DNA of 63,481 bases, filler included, from Octopus bimaculoides (lineage: Eukaryota): assembly GCF_001194135.2 (NCBI RefSeq). It is 4 parts of 4 records of this genome, joined end to end, with 100 filler letters (N's around TTAATTAATTAA, not from the genome) between each part and the next. Parts side by side here need not be neighbours in the genome. Positions count along the whole stretch, not along the records: positions 44,098 to 60,172 come from NC_068986.1; positions 60,273 to 63,481 come from NC_069009.1; 2 more parts are not named here. The stretch is one strand, 5' to 3'. Position 1 is the first letter of the stretch. The number at the start of each line of letters is the position of its first letter. Positions 51,283 through 63,481 of the stretch are shown here, piece after piece. The notes under the pieces are model-generated. The model saw nothing but the letters and a program-made list of their open reading frames with translations. It made no database searches and had not been told where the DNA came from. The translations under genes and the position numbers were made by a program.

Positions 51283-53239
51283 AATTACTACTACTACTAC
51301 TAGCACTACTACTAGAAGGAGAACGAAGGCTACCAGCATCACTGTATACTTCAACTGTTTCAACATCAATCATATCGACCAGTACTACCACTTTAACTAT
51401 AACAATCACCTACGCAGCAACCACAGCCACCACCGTTAACAGCAACAACAACCGCAAAAGTCACTACTACTACTACTACTACTACTACAATTGTTGTTGT
51501 GACTGTTGCTGCTCCTGCGACTACTACGACTACTACTACTACTACTACTACTAATGTTAACACTNNNNNNNNNNNNNNNNNNNNNNNNNNNNNNNNNNNN
51601 NNNNNNNNNNNNNNNNNNNNNNNNNNNNNNNNNNNNNNNNNNNNNNNNNNNNNNNNNNNNNNNNNNNNNNNNNNNNNNNNNNNNNNNNNNNNNNNNNNNN
51701 NNNNNNNNNNNNNNNNNNNNNNNNNNNNNNNNNNNNNNNNNNNNNNNNNNNNNNNNNNNNNNNNNNNNNNNNNNNNNNNNNNNNNNNNNNNNNNNNNNNN
51801 NNNNNNNNNNNNNNNNNNNNNNNNNNNNNNNNNNNNNNNNNNNNNNNNNNNNNNNNNNNNNNNNNNNNNNNNNNNNNNNNNNNNNNNNNNNNNNNNNNNN
51901 NNNNNNNNNNNNNNNNNNNNNNNNNNNNNNNNNNNNNNNNNNNNNNNNNNNNNNNNNNNNNNNNNNNNNNNNNNNNNNNNNNNNNNNNNNNNNNNNNNNN
52001 NNNNNNNNNNNNNNNNNNNNNNNNNNNNNNNNNNNNNNNNNNNNNNNNNNNNNNNNNNNNNNNNNNNNNNNNNNNNNNNNNNNNNNNNNNNNNNNNNNNN
52101 NNNNNNNNNNNNNNNNNNNNNNNNNNNNNNAACACGCAAACACACACACTTATGTATACACATGTATATGATGATTGCTCCTGTCGATTCCGACGGGAAT
52201 GAGGGCTAGAAAAAATGGGAGACAAAAACAAAACACATTTAAAAACAAGTAAAAGAAGCTGCATCTATTTGCAATGGATCCTTGAATGGAATTTGCGTCC
52301 AGGCATGTATGTACATATGTATGTATGTATGTATGTATTATGTATGTATGTATGCATGAAAATACTGTTACACTGATTTCAGCCAATGGAAGGCAGGGCT
52401 CATAGGGCAATGAACACAAGTTTCGTCATTCACATCAAGCTCAGAGCGTATATCAGATTGCACTTTATTTACATAATATCTTCGTTTTTGATCCGCTTTG
52501 TAGGAGGATATTAACCGACAAAACATTGCTATTTATGACTTTAAATTACATTTAAATCCATACAATGAAACATTCTCATAGACCATATTATAAAGAGATA
52601 CATACATTTGTATATGTATATGTGCGGTTGAATACAGCTATATCTAAGCCTATCTACCCCTACTCTTTCAGCTTTCATGTATATATGTTTTATATGTGTG
52701 TGCATATGTGCGTGCAATTGCGCGTGTTTGTGTTTGTGTGTATGAGCATGTGTGTGTATATGTGTATGTGTGTGTGCATATAAAATTATATTTATGGCAG
52801 GAACCTTTTTTTGCAATTAATTTAAAGCTTTACTCTGTATTCTACATTGAAGTTTATCTTGGACGATGGAAGGAAATTATTGCTCTCACACATACAATCC
52901 AAAATACTGACTTCTAACAATATAGTATTAGACATTCGATATATGCCCTAAATAGATAAATCCTTCCCAAACTATAAGTGCTGTTTTTTTGCATGCAAAA
53001 ATAGAAGAAAGAAAATTAAATTGGTTCAATGATCCAAAAAATATTTGTTAATAACGGTAACATGTGAAATAGTATTTTGAAATAAGACTTCAAAGAAATA
53101 ATGCATCTCTGTTCATTCTTTATTTCGTATTACTTTACATGTAGTGTTTAGTAATGAAATTCTAAACTTAAATTCTTTAGTTTTTTCAATACGTTCATCT
53201 ATGAACAGTAATGATTAAATTTTAAGATAACGCGATGAA

Positions 53240-53500
53240 AGTCTTCCGATGATGGCAAAAGAATAATTCGTTTTGGGATTTGGTTTGCAAGATTCATGTG
53301 AGTACGTGTGTTGAAACATATTCTGCTGTGTCTTTTTTGGTGCCTTATAATTTAACACACTCACCGGTAAAATTTCCACTTATTTCTTTTTTTACATTTT
53401 AAATTTTTCTCAAATTTGCGTTGCAAGAGATAAGTGGAAATTTTACCGGTGAGTGTGTTAAAGTATAAGGCACCAGAAGAGAATGACTCTCCCCAGACAT
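53240..53500. repeat. Interspersed repeat with internal inverted duplication (arms 53333-53386 and 53427-53480)
   Basis: tggtgccttata.tttaacacactcaccggtaaaatttccacttat and its reverse complement, about 48 bp with 2 mismatches. Confidence 0.9.
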
Positions 53501-53599
53501 ACTAGAGAATAATTTAACTAGATTTCAGCCTTCACTTTATACTAGTGATTCTCAAGCTTTTAGCACATGCTTCTGAACTGGTCAATATGCATTTGTGAG

Positions 53600-56500
53600 G
53601 AGAAAATTTGCGGCAAGTATGGCCAGCTGGGGAATAAGTAAGTGGCAGGTCATAAGAGTTAAACATAATAACTAGACATTCAAGATATATAATTTTACCT
53701 AAGATTTTATATCACAGCGTCAACGTTCATTTGAGGTCAGAAACAAACAAGAAACAGCTGACAATAATTATTTCGAAAACATGAAGCTCCTTGGGCTACA
53801 TGCTGTCTTCTAATTTATGCAAGATAAAGGCACAGGTATTGAAAATTCACCAGGGGCCAATGCTTTTCCCCACAATTGCATAATCTACAGTTATGTCTAT
53901 TACACTAAATCTCTTGAAAAGCTACAGTTCTCTCTATTCTGCTGGTTATAGAGACCATTTTCAAAATTACCTTTTCTTTAACATCAGCAGTCTAGTACGG
54001 TTAGATTGGTCAAATATGCGACCTAGACTGAAACCGTTTTATATCTAATTATACATATACTTTTGAAACTTACAAATGTTAGAATATCACCTCTCCTCGC
54101 AAGAGGATTTTAAATGCTGCATTAAGTGTTTCGAACACGACGTTCATGTCTGTTCACAGTATATGACTATATGCAGCAGGACGCATTCTATCACAAACTG
54201 ATATTACGAAACAAGAAAATCATATACAAACATAGAAGAAAATGTGCAAGCTGCGTTATAATTTATGTAGGCACTCATGTGAATGAGTTTAATGTGGTGA
54301 AAGAACATTGAAACTAATTTAACTGAATGTTGCGGGAGGGATATTTTATTAATTATGCATAATCATGCTTATATGTATAAGGAGACCTGTATTTTAAATA
54401 TTTTAAAGAGGTTTAGATGATTTTGGTGTTGTATATTTTCTACCAACCACTACACTCTATTATAAAGCGATTAATTCCCGCTGGCTTCCTCCAGCAAGAA
54501 AACGGTTCGTCAATTGATCACTAATTACCCGAAATTTGAATTTATTGCAGCCGCACACGACTGCATTCTACAATGTTTAATATGCAACAATTCTGTGTTT
54601 AGCTGTGAGCCTGTGAAACATGGTCGCTTGAATGCACAAACACGGCATATTAACATGCAAACCTTGGACTTCTTCCGGAATTTACATCTGAAACACAACA
54701 GCCTGAAACAATTACCGCTATATTCACTAACAAGTCTGCACATAATATTTAGCTGTAAATTATCACTGGAAAGGAATAATTGCCTGTGTGAATCTTCATT
54801 GAAATTAGCCATTTCATCTTTTATTAAAACTGGTTTGCTGCAAAATGACGAACCCCAGATGCCGGCTTTCCTATACAGATGCCGTTTCTAGTTGCTTAGG
54901 TGATATGTGTTGAGAGCTAAATAGATAATACATTTCACGCCAAGTATTCACCACTTCGAACTGAAGAAGCGATTGTGCACGACAGCTCGTCCTTATTTAA
55001 TTCAGACCTTCATGTTTTTGACGATGATAAAATGACGGTGAAGTCGCTATTCAAATCTGAAGTGACTTGTACGCAATTATTCAGGATAGGTTGTTAAAAT
55101 AAGATGTTGAATATCACTTCCATAATTGAATGATCTCAGAGATTACACCCGATACGGCGAACTGCCTGAAGTTGATGACATGAGGCCATCTAACAAAGAA
55201 TGAGTTATGCAGCATTATTCACTGGGAAAACAACTTTTCCAGAAAGGTCTTTATAGAATTCAATGAGATAATGACACCAGTCATTGCATGTAACAATTTT
55301 TATTGCAGGAGATTCGAAGAACAATCAATTCGCCTGCGAACTGTGATAATTATGAAAAGTCTTGTCTTGTTGTTGCTGTTATATATTGGTCATCCAGATT
55401 CAAAAGGAGATTACTTCTACTGGTTCCCTTAGTACGTTTCATGTTTGTTATTCTGTAACACGCATAAGAAATTCATGCTATGGATACTCACCAATGTAAG
55501 TTCCTTGTAAGCTAACTGATAGTTATGAGAAATACAATATTCTCAGTAAAATGTTGCAATTCTTCTGGAAATATATTCCTTCATATTCAAAGGAGAACCG
55601 GCAATCACGAAAATATTTCCTCCCCTTTGCATTATAAGTTAAACAACCGATCTCCTCCGTATCCATAATTACTCTCATTTTTATTACATACGTGAAGTTG
55701 ATGTCCAAAGATCTACCACAGCTTGATATTCATAGCAGTAAGTAGTTTTCCGCTCTTCTTTATATTTCCATTTTATCATATGTACAATTATTTCGTTTGA
55801 TCTGCAGACGACGAAGTTTAACGCTGCGTAATAACATTTTCAAAACGAAGAAATAATGAAAATACTAATTCGTGTCATGCGTGTTTCCGTGGTATGTTAT
55901 TACAGCGAAATGCATAAATATAGTTTAGTATAATTAAAATAAAGTGTGACACTTTGAGTATCGAGAAATGGATGCCTGCAGAAGCTACAAGTTTATATAA
56001 TCATTTGACAAGATTCTATCATATAACATTGGTAAACTAGCGTGCATAAAATCTAACATTATAATACAATAAAAGAGTGTTAATCCTATTTAGCTAGCAC
56101 GTATTATGTTGGTAATTTATCTGCATTGAAATTATGATTTTCAAAATTTAATCTTATTTACAAGTAGGATAAATATTTCGTCAAGTGACGAACTCAACAG
56201 AGAAAGACTTCTCAACAAATTACATAAATGATTGGTAGAAAGATGAAAACAATATTCATATATACAATATAGATTACAATGATAAAGCTGATGCGAAATG
56301 TCAGTCTATTATTTAGTTTGAACAATGAATTTTTAATTTTAACTTAAAATCAACATTAAATTATCTTTTCTGGTGTAGAAAATTAATGTAGCGTAAACAA
56401 TTGACATATGCACTATATCACACCCCTTACCACAACCATTACCACCACACACATACATATGTGTGTTTGTATGACTGTTTATGTTTGTGCGTGTGTTTGT

Positions 56501-57830
56501 GTGTGCGAGCGCGTGTGTCTGTGTATGTTTGTGCCTACGTGTGTGCGTGTGGGTAGAGTGTGTATACATACAAACGATGCCCAGAAGTTAAATATACATT
56601 TAAAAAATCTTTAGAATATAGGTCAACATTACTCTCGAAGCACAAGCATTCTCTCACGCATTCTCTTCTTGCTGGACGACTGCTTTGTTTATTATATCAC
56701 TTTATATAGACTTATGTAGATGGTCGCATATAGACACGTGAATATCATAAATTCTCTATCACACACACACTCAACCAATTTATGCGGTGACATATATGTG
56801 TATGTGTGTGTTGTGTGTGCGTGTGTGTGCGTGTATGTGCGTGTGCACGTGCGCGCATGTGTATGTATGCATGTGTTCCAAAAGCAACTGAAATTCTTGA
56901 CCTCTGCTTTATTCCAAATATTTTATCGTATATTTCGAGAATGACTTAATCATTATTCAATGAAGTAATTATTTTAAAATATTTGTACGTATGCTAGCGA
57001 ACCGAAAGTTATGATCACTTTTTATAAAGAATCTAGATCCTAGAGCGAAATGAATAACATATACAATTATATATATATATATATATATATATNNNNNNNN
57101 NNNNNNNNNNNNNNNNNNNNNNNNNNNNNNNNNNNNNNNNNNNNNNNNNNNNNNNNNNNNNNNNNNNNNNNNNNNNNNNNNNNNNNNNNNNNNNNNNNNN
57201 NNNNNNNNNNNNNNNNNNNNNNNNNNNNNNNNNNNNNNNNNNNNNNNNNNNNNNNNNNNNNNNNNNNNNNNNNNNNNNNNNNNNNNNNNNNNNNNNNNNN
57301 NNNNNNNNNNNNNNNNNNNNNNNNNNNNNNNNNNNNNNNNNNNNNNNNNNNNNNNNNNNNNNNNNNNNNNNNNNNNNNNNNNNNNNNNNNNNNNNNNNNN
57401 NNNNNNNNNNNNNNNNNNNNNNNNNNNNGTGTGTGTGTGTGTGTGTGTGTGTTTGTGCATGTGTGTGTATGTTTTCAACGATTACAAATAACACGGAAAA
57501 AATAAATTAATGTTCTTGAGGGTAGCAAATATTCACATAAGTACCAAGGTCGTAACAGCTTACTTAGAAATGCAGAAATTGCAAGTTTAGGTGAGATGTT
57601 TTTGTATAACATAGATAAATAAATAAACGCAAGTGTTAATCAAATCTTTATACTTCCGACAAATGTTCCGACGAAAACATTGGTGTTATTCAAGAAGATT
57701 TTATGTGAGATAGTACATGAGTCAATATCGTGACAGGAAACACACAGATCAGCTCGTCCACCTCAGAACTTTACCAGAACCCATTCTGGAGAAGAAACGA
57801 GAATTATGAAATAAGAGGCAATCGCACTAT
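53600..57830 (+). pseudogene. Decayed multiple-cysteine-cluster Toll/TLR-like (Tollo-type) pseudogene
   Basis: Ordered remnants across frames. LRRs: KWQVIRVKHNN* (53640), LSSNL (53803), ANAF/QLHNLQLCLL (53856), QDAFYHKLILRNKKI (54176), NLHLKHNSLKQLPLYSLTSLH (54679), GHLTKNELCSI (55184). LRRNT-like IKCDTLSIEKWMPAEATSLY (55938); LRRCT-like LNKLHK*LVE (56209); TM/juxtamembrane-like ILFLL..FVYYITLYRL.MVAYRH (56640-56740). TIR: S.YSHK (57524), VTAYLE..KLQV*VRCF (57552-57602), YNIDK*INAS..QIFILPTN (57605-57664), HWCY (57678), PFW (57781). Many stops, frameshifts and microsatellite insertions. Confidence 0.62.
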
Positions 57831-58662
57831 ATAATCACAGATGTGTGTATGTGGCAAGTTTGGCAGCCGACCTTATAGTTCTGGATACAATTCCACTAGC
57901 TCACACTTTTGGCCAGTGTGTGCTACTATATAAATTCGGGCCGACTAAAACATTGTGAATGTGGCACCGCTTTGAAGAATTTTAGTCGAGCGAATCAATC
58001 CTATTACTGTTGTTTTGAGCCACAAGCTTATTGTATCTGACTCTATTACTCGACACAGACACTGGTTATGAAGAGATGGCGGAGGCAGAAATAGACGAAA
58101 GACACAATCATTCACATACATGTCTACATTTAGTAGAAGATACTTGCTCCAAATCCGGCACAGGGTAACTTAACCCGAATCCGTATGGTTGCAAAGAGAT
58201 CTTCTCTACCACACAGCCATGCTTGCGTTTATATGTGAGAAATAAAAATAAGAATACCTCGTATATCAAAAAATCATTTCATTCCACTATAAACAATATG
58301 TTGATCACCAGGAAATTACAAAAAAAAGAACCCCACAAAGAAAAAAAAATGATTGAAAAATACAGAGATATCAACAAAAGCGTTAGAAATATGATAGACA
58401 ATTAATATTTTAGTACAAAAATTTAATGTCTTGAAAGTTGATGATTATAATCTGAAATTTTAATATCTTAATGTTCATGATTATTTTTGTTCTATTTCAT
58501 TTTGTTTTATTCCACATTTTCTGGAGTTGTTGATAAATTTTAAAGTATTTCAAATATATCGATGTAAGTTTTTATCTGTTTACCTTCATCACCATAGTAA
58601 TCATAAATTTCGTCGTCGTCATCATCATCATCATCATCACTATTATCATTATCATCATTAGT

Positions 58663-58693
<31 letters not shown>

Positions 58694-58730
58694 CGTGGTG
58701 GTGGTGGTGGTGGTGGTAGTAGTAATAGTT

Positions 58731-58783
<53 letters not shown>

Positions 58784-60271
58784 TGTGGTCGTTGTTGTTG
58801 TATGGTAGGAGCATTTATATAACTGTCTACCTCCTATTCGTATCATTTCCGTGCGATTCTTAGATTCATTTAATTATTTATTTGTGTTTTGTTTGTTTGT
58901 TTCTACTAGACTAAATGAAGCTGAAGAAATCAAAACTGAAATTTTATGTAAATAATATCAAAAAATAAAAAAACATTCACTAATTTATTTTATTGCATTT
59001 TCGATTCTAATTTACGAAACTTCATTTGTGATTTCACACATGTTAACATCAACAGAAAGGTAAAAACTTATATTTCATATCATGAGTTTCATAACATCTT
59101 CAACTAATTTCAACGTGCAACGATGGCATTCTGAATTGCACGACGGCCTTTTGGCTATTATTGAAAAGATATGAAGGAAATGGATTTCTAAAAGCGTCAA
59201 CCGAATACAAGCTGTCTCAATGGTCAGATACTTTAAATGACCGAACAACTGAATATACTCGTTTCCTCGGAAGGATTTTTTTTTTAAATAATTAAATAAA
59301 AGTCTCGTACTAAGCAGATTAGTGACAAAAGCATAATGGAATATATGGGAGAAATTATTTTCATCCAAGAAACTTAGTTGTCGTGAGCATGTCAGAAAGT
59401 CTCCGAAGGCAAGCTATATTTAAATGACCGCCGACCCGTTTTAATACACATGAATTCGTGATATGCGTAACACGGCTTACTATGAGCGTATATCTTTGTT
59501 CCAATCTGTAAAGAAAGACTCAATGAGAAAACAGGATAGAAGTAATATTAATTTGAAAACGACGGAGATCCTTTTACATGCTAATTTTCTGCTGGGATTT
59601 ATGCTCAGGCAGTAGCTGGACATAAATCACATCAGTAAAATAAAATATGAGAGAAAGAAAAGAAAAAAAAGAGAATAAGCAATGCATATATACATAAATA
59701 AAGGCAAACAAACAGTCGCACACTACATGTAGGTAATATGTTTTGCCGAACGAACGATGTCGGCTAGAAGCTAATGCATCGAACTACCGGAAGTAATATG
59801 GTGAACAGTGCAATTATATTGCTGACCGCTCGCTCAGGCAAACACATCTACTGTTCATTTCCTAATAGCTGAATAAACTTCAGTGAGTTGGGATATAATT
59901 TATCAGTATTCAAGGACTTTTCGATCGGTTTTGATGTTTTCCCAAATCACAAATACTGAACATATGCAGGCTTGATAATATATATACACACATGTGTAGA
60001 CACATGTACGCGTAATGTATGTATATGTTCAAAAGCATATAAATACATTCATATATACATACAGATAAATATATATGTTTATCTATTATATGTATATATA
60101 TATATATATATTCATATATGTGTGCGTGTGTGCGTATGTGTGTGTGATTGTGTGTGTGCGCGTGTGTGTATANNNNNNNNNNNNNNNNNNNNNNNNNNNN
60201 NNNNNNNNNNNNNNNNTTAATTAATTAANNNNNNNNNNNNNNNNNNNNNNNNNNNNNNNNNNNNNNNNNNN

Positions 60272-60575
60272 NTTTCGAGTGAGATCGTTGCCAGTGCCCC
60301 TGGACTGGCTCTTGTGTGGGTGGCACATAAAATACACCATTTTGAGCGTGGCTGTTGCCAGTACCGCCTGACTGGCCTTCGTGCGGGTGACACGTAAAAG
60401 CACCCACTACACTCTCGGAGTGGTTGGCGTTAGGAAGGGCATCCAGCTGTAGAAACTCTGCCAAATCAGATTGGAGCCTGGTGTAGCCATCTGGTTTCAC
60501 CAGTCCTCAGTCAAATCATCCAACCCATGCTAGCATGGAAAGCAGACGTTAAACGAAGATGATGAGATGATGATG
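60272..60575 (+). mobile_element. SINE family D with (GAT)n tail; second copy at 62440-62770
   Basis: gcacccactacactctcg.agtggttggcgttaggaagggcatccagctgtagaaactctgcca.atcaga...tccaacccatgctagcat.gaaagc.gacgttaaa in both copies; internal tandem subrepeats of about 62 bp. Confidence 0.9.
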
Positions 60576-61253
60576 ATGTGTGTGTGTGTGTGTGTGTGTG
60601 TGTTTGTGTGTACTGAAGACATGGATATAAATAGTTAATTGCCCTTGCTTCTTGCTAAAACAACAAAAAAAAAAAGAAAAAACACACTGTACAGACAAAT
60701 AGTACAGTATGTAGTAAAGGAGAAAGTAGTAGTAGTAATAGTAGTGGTCGTGGTGGTAGTTTTAAAGATGGTTTCAAATGGGAGACTAAAGTGTTGTGAA
60801 GATGTTGACAGCAACAGAGGCCTGAAACGTAAATTTGCAGTTATCAATAAAACAAGTATATACATACATACATACATACATACATACATGTACACACGTA
60901 TATATATATAAATATATATATATACATATACACACACACACACATATATATATACACATACATACACACATATATATAAACTCATACATATATACATATA
61001 CACACACACATATATATATATAAACTCATACATATAGACATACATACACAAATGTGTATATATAAAAGAAATGTTGATGGAAATATAATAAGTGGGGGGG
61101 AGGGTAATGTATGGAGTAGTGATGGAGAGTAAATCTGCCCAAAGACTTCATACGGTCTTGCAGAACAGGAACGAGAGGGCACCCATCCCCCCCATCTCAA
61201 CAGTCTGTGACACTAACAGTTGTATCACATCGCTACCTTAAGAACCATAATAT

Positions 61254-61920
61254 CCTTTTTCATATTAGGCACAAAACCTGAAATTTGGAGGGAGGAGGCC
61301 AGGTTTCACTGGTACTTAGTTTATTGGCCCCAAAAGGGATGAATAGCAAAATTGAACTGAGTGGAATTTGAACCTAGATTGTAAGGCCAGAAGAAATTCC
61401 GCTAAGCATTTGGTCGGGTGCAGTAATGATGGCGTGTGCTGCTCTCTCACTCAAAAATAATAATAATAATCCTTTCTACTGGAAGCACCAAGGCCTCAAA
61501 TTTGGGGGAAGGGATTAAGCCGACTACATCGACCTCAGAACGCAACTGGTACTTAATTTATCAACCCCCAAAAAGATGAAAGGCAAACTAGACCTCAGTG
61601 GAATTTGAACTCAGAACTTAGTGGCAGACGAAATACCGTTAAGTATTTCACCCGACGTGCTAACGATTCTGCCAGCTCACCACCTTAATAATAATAACAA
61701 CACTCTTTCTACTATAGGCACAAGGACTGGAATTTTTTGGAAGGGGGGGGGGTAGTTGATCACAGCGACCCCAGTGTTTCACTGGGACTTAGTTTATCGA
61801 CCCTGAAAGGTTGAAAGGCACAGTCGACTTTGGCAAAATTTGAACTCAGAATGCAGAGATGGAGGAAAATGCTACTAAGCATTTTGCCTGGCATGCTAAC
61901 GATTCTGCCAGGTCACTGGC
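61254..61920 (-). mobile_element. Three head-to-tail SINE A copies separated by short (TAA)n
   Basis: Copies at about 61254-61447, 61470-61687 and 61700-61920, same orientation, mutually diverged. Confidence 0.9.
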
Positions 61921-61945
61921 TAAAATAATAAAAATAATATTATGC

Positions 61946-62149
61946 AGCACGGAAGGTGTTTATAAGCCATTTAAAAATACACAAAAACCGTTAGATTCAC
62001 TTCAAAATTCTATCCTGCACGGAATTTTGTCAGTGAACAGGTTGCGGACTCAAAGCAACAAAAATATTTTGGCAAATTAAATTTAAATGTTGAAGTGAAT
62101 CTAACGAATTTTGTGTGTTTTTAAATGGCTTATAAACACCTTCCACGCT
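61946..62149. mobile_element. MITE with TIRs of about 60 bp
   Basis: ggaaggtgtttataagccatttaaaaa.acacaaaa..cgttagattcacttcaa on the left and in reverse complement on the right. Confidence 0.85.
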
Positions 62150-62802
62150 ACGATTGTTTTTGTTCCAGCACACGATCTCAGATCAGGTCACTTGCTATGC
62201 AAGTACATCTCCATAATAATAATAATATGAAAGCTTGGTAAATTTAGAATGTAGCAGTTCACTATTGGATGTAACCCTCTTCATTATGGAGGGTTTTTTT
62301 GGTCATAGCATTGAACCATTAACACTGTGGCTCCTAACATGATGCTGAAACTTGCATTCTGTCAGACTGAAGCAAAAAACTTTGTCCACTGATGGCCAGT
62401 GCTGCTCCCTCCCTCAATAATAATAATAATAATAAACCAGCTTCGCCTTACCGGCACTTGTGCCCCGCTTCGCCTTACTGGCACTTGTGCCAGTGACATG
62501 TGAACAAAACATTGGACTGGCTCCTGTGCAGGTGGCACGTAAAAAATACCATCTGAGCGTGGCCGTTGCCAGTACCACCGGACTGGCCCTCATGCCGGTG
62601 GCACGTAAAAAGCACCCACTACACTCTCGCAGTGGTTGGCGTTAGGAAGGGCATCCAGCTGTAGAAACTCTGCCAGATCAGACTGGAATCTGATGCAGCC
62701 ATCTGGTTCACCAGTCCCCAGTGAAATCGTCCAACCCATGCTAGCATTGAAAGCGGACGTTAAATGATGAATAATAATAATGATGATGATAAAAATAATA
62801 AT

Positions 62803-63242
62803 GGTTCAAATTTTGAATACAAGGCCAGCAGGTTTGGGGGAGGGAGTACATTGATTACACTGATCCCCAGCGTTCAACTGGTACTTATTTTATCGACCCC
62901 AAAACGATGAAAAGCCAAGTCAACCGTGGCTGAATTTGAACTCAGAAATGTAAAGATGGACGAAATACCACTAAGCATTTCACCCAGCGTGCTAACGATT
63001 CTACCAGCTTGCTACCTTAATAATACTCTTTCTAATATAGGCACAAGGCCTGAAATTTTGGGGGAGGGGGCAAGTCGATTAGATCAACCCCAGTACACAA
63101 CTGGTACTTAATTTTATCAATCCCAAAAGAATGAAAGACAAAGTCGACCTCGGCGGAATTTGAACTCAGAACGTAACGACAGGCAAAATACCTCTAAGCA
63201 TTTCGTCCAAGTGTGCTAACGATTCTGCTAGCTTGCTACCTT
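62803..63242 (-). mobile_element. Two further head-to-tail SINE A copies
   Basis: 62803-63017 and 63026-63242, joined by ttaataata and followed by (TAA)n. Confidence 0.9.
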
Positions 63243-63481
63243 AATAATATTAATAATAATAATAATAATAATAATGATGATAATAATAATAATAATAAAA
63301 AGCTTGTGTATGAAAGCTTGCAGTGCTTATCAACTGATAAACAGATACCTAATCACTGGTGCATATCGCTCACTACTAAACATTGTGCAGACATTACCTC
63401 AAAGAACACAACCTGCCCCACACACATCAGAAGAACTCACATTTTGTTTTTTTTGTGGCTTTTTTAAAATCAGTTTTCTTC

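Noticed and set aside
53245-53335. CCGATGA...GAAACATA-TGTGTC hammerhead candidate
   Set aside because: Core mutated, stem II unpaired and stem I partner deleted in this copy.
54525-54812. Cys-rich minus-strand ORF resembling a toxin or neuropeptide
   Set aside because: No signal peptide or known Cys spacing; it is antisense to the LRR-like frame.
55352-55432. Signal-peptide-like MKSLVLLLLLYIGHPDSKG after an acceptor-like tttttattgcag
   Set aside because: Stops after 26 codons; the best downstream exon gives only a short unrecognisable peptide; it lies inside the decayed LRR region.
55490-55730. Initial reading as a TIR domain (FLVS*, FLHIQR, ENI)
   Set aside because: A much better ordered TIR match exists at 57520-57790, and LRRNT/LRR motifs follow this segment, so it belongs to the ectodomain region.

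Overview
AT-rich, microsatellite-saturated animal genomic DNA from a gapped draft scaffold (about 6.3 kb of N, roughly 10%). The repeat families look like those of a coleoid cephalopod (Octopus-like); this is inferred from recognition of the repeats, not from a database search. I can support no intact protein-coding gene, rRNA, true tRNA or CRISPR array. Nearly all long ORFs in the supplied track are read-throughs of microsatellites or N-runs. The window is a retroelement graveyard: CR1/L2-type and RTE-type LINE fragments, at least six R4/Dong-like restriction-like-endonuclease retrotransposon fragments (mostly ending in (TAA)n), three Penelope-like GIY-YIG fragments plus a degenerate hammerhead ribozyme, four tRNA-derived or tRNA-like SINE families, several MITEs, and a 1.55 kb CpG-rich ACGA/ACGT satellite. 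The main hidden feature is a heavily decayed, apparently intronless Toll/TLR-like pseudogene (LRRs, cysteine cluster, LRRs, TM, TIR) at about 53.6-57.8 kb, visible only by stitching reading frames. All protein motifs were recognised by eye and need profile-HMM confirmation.
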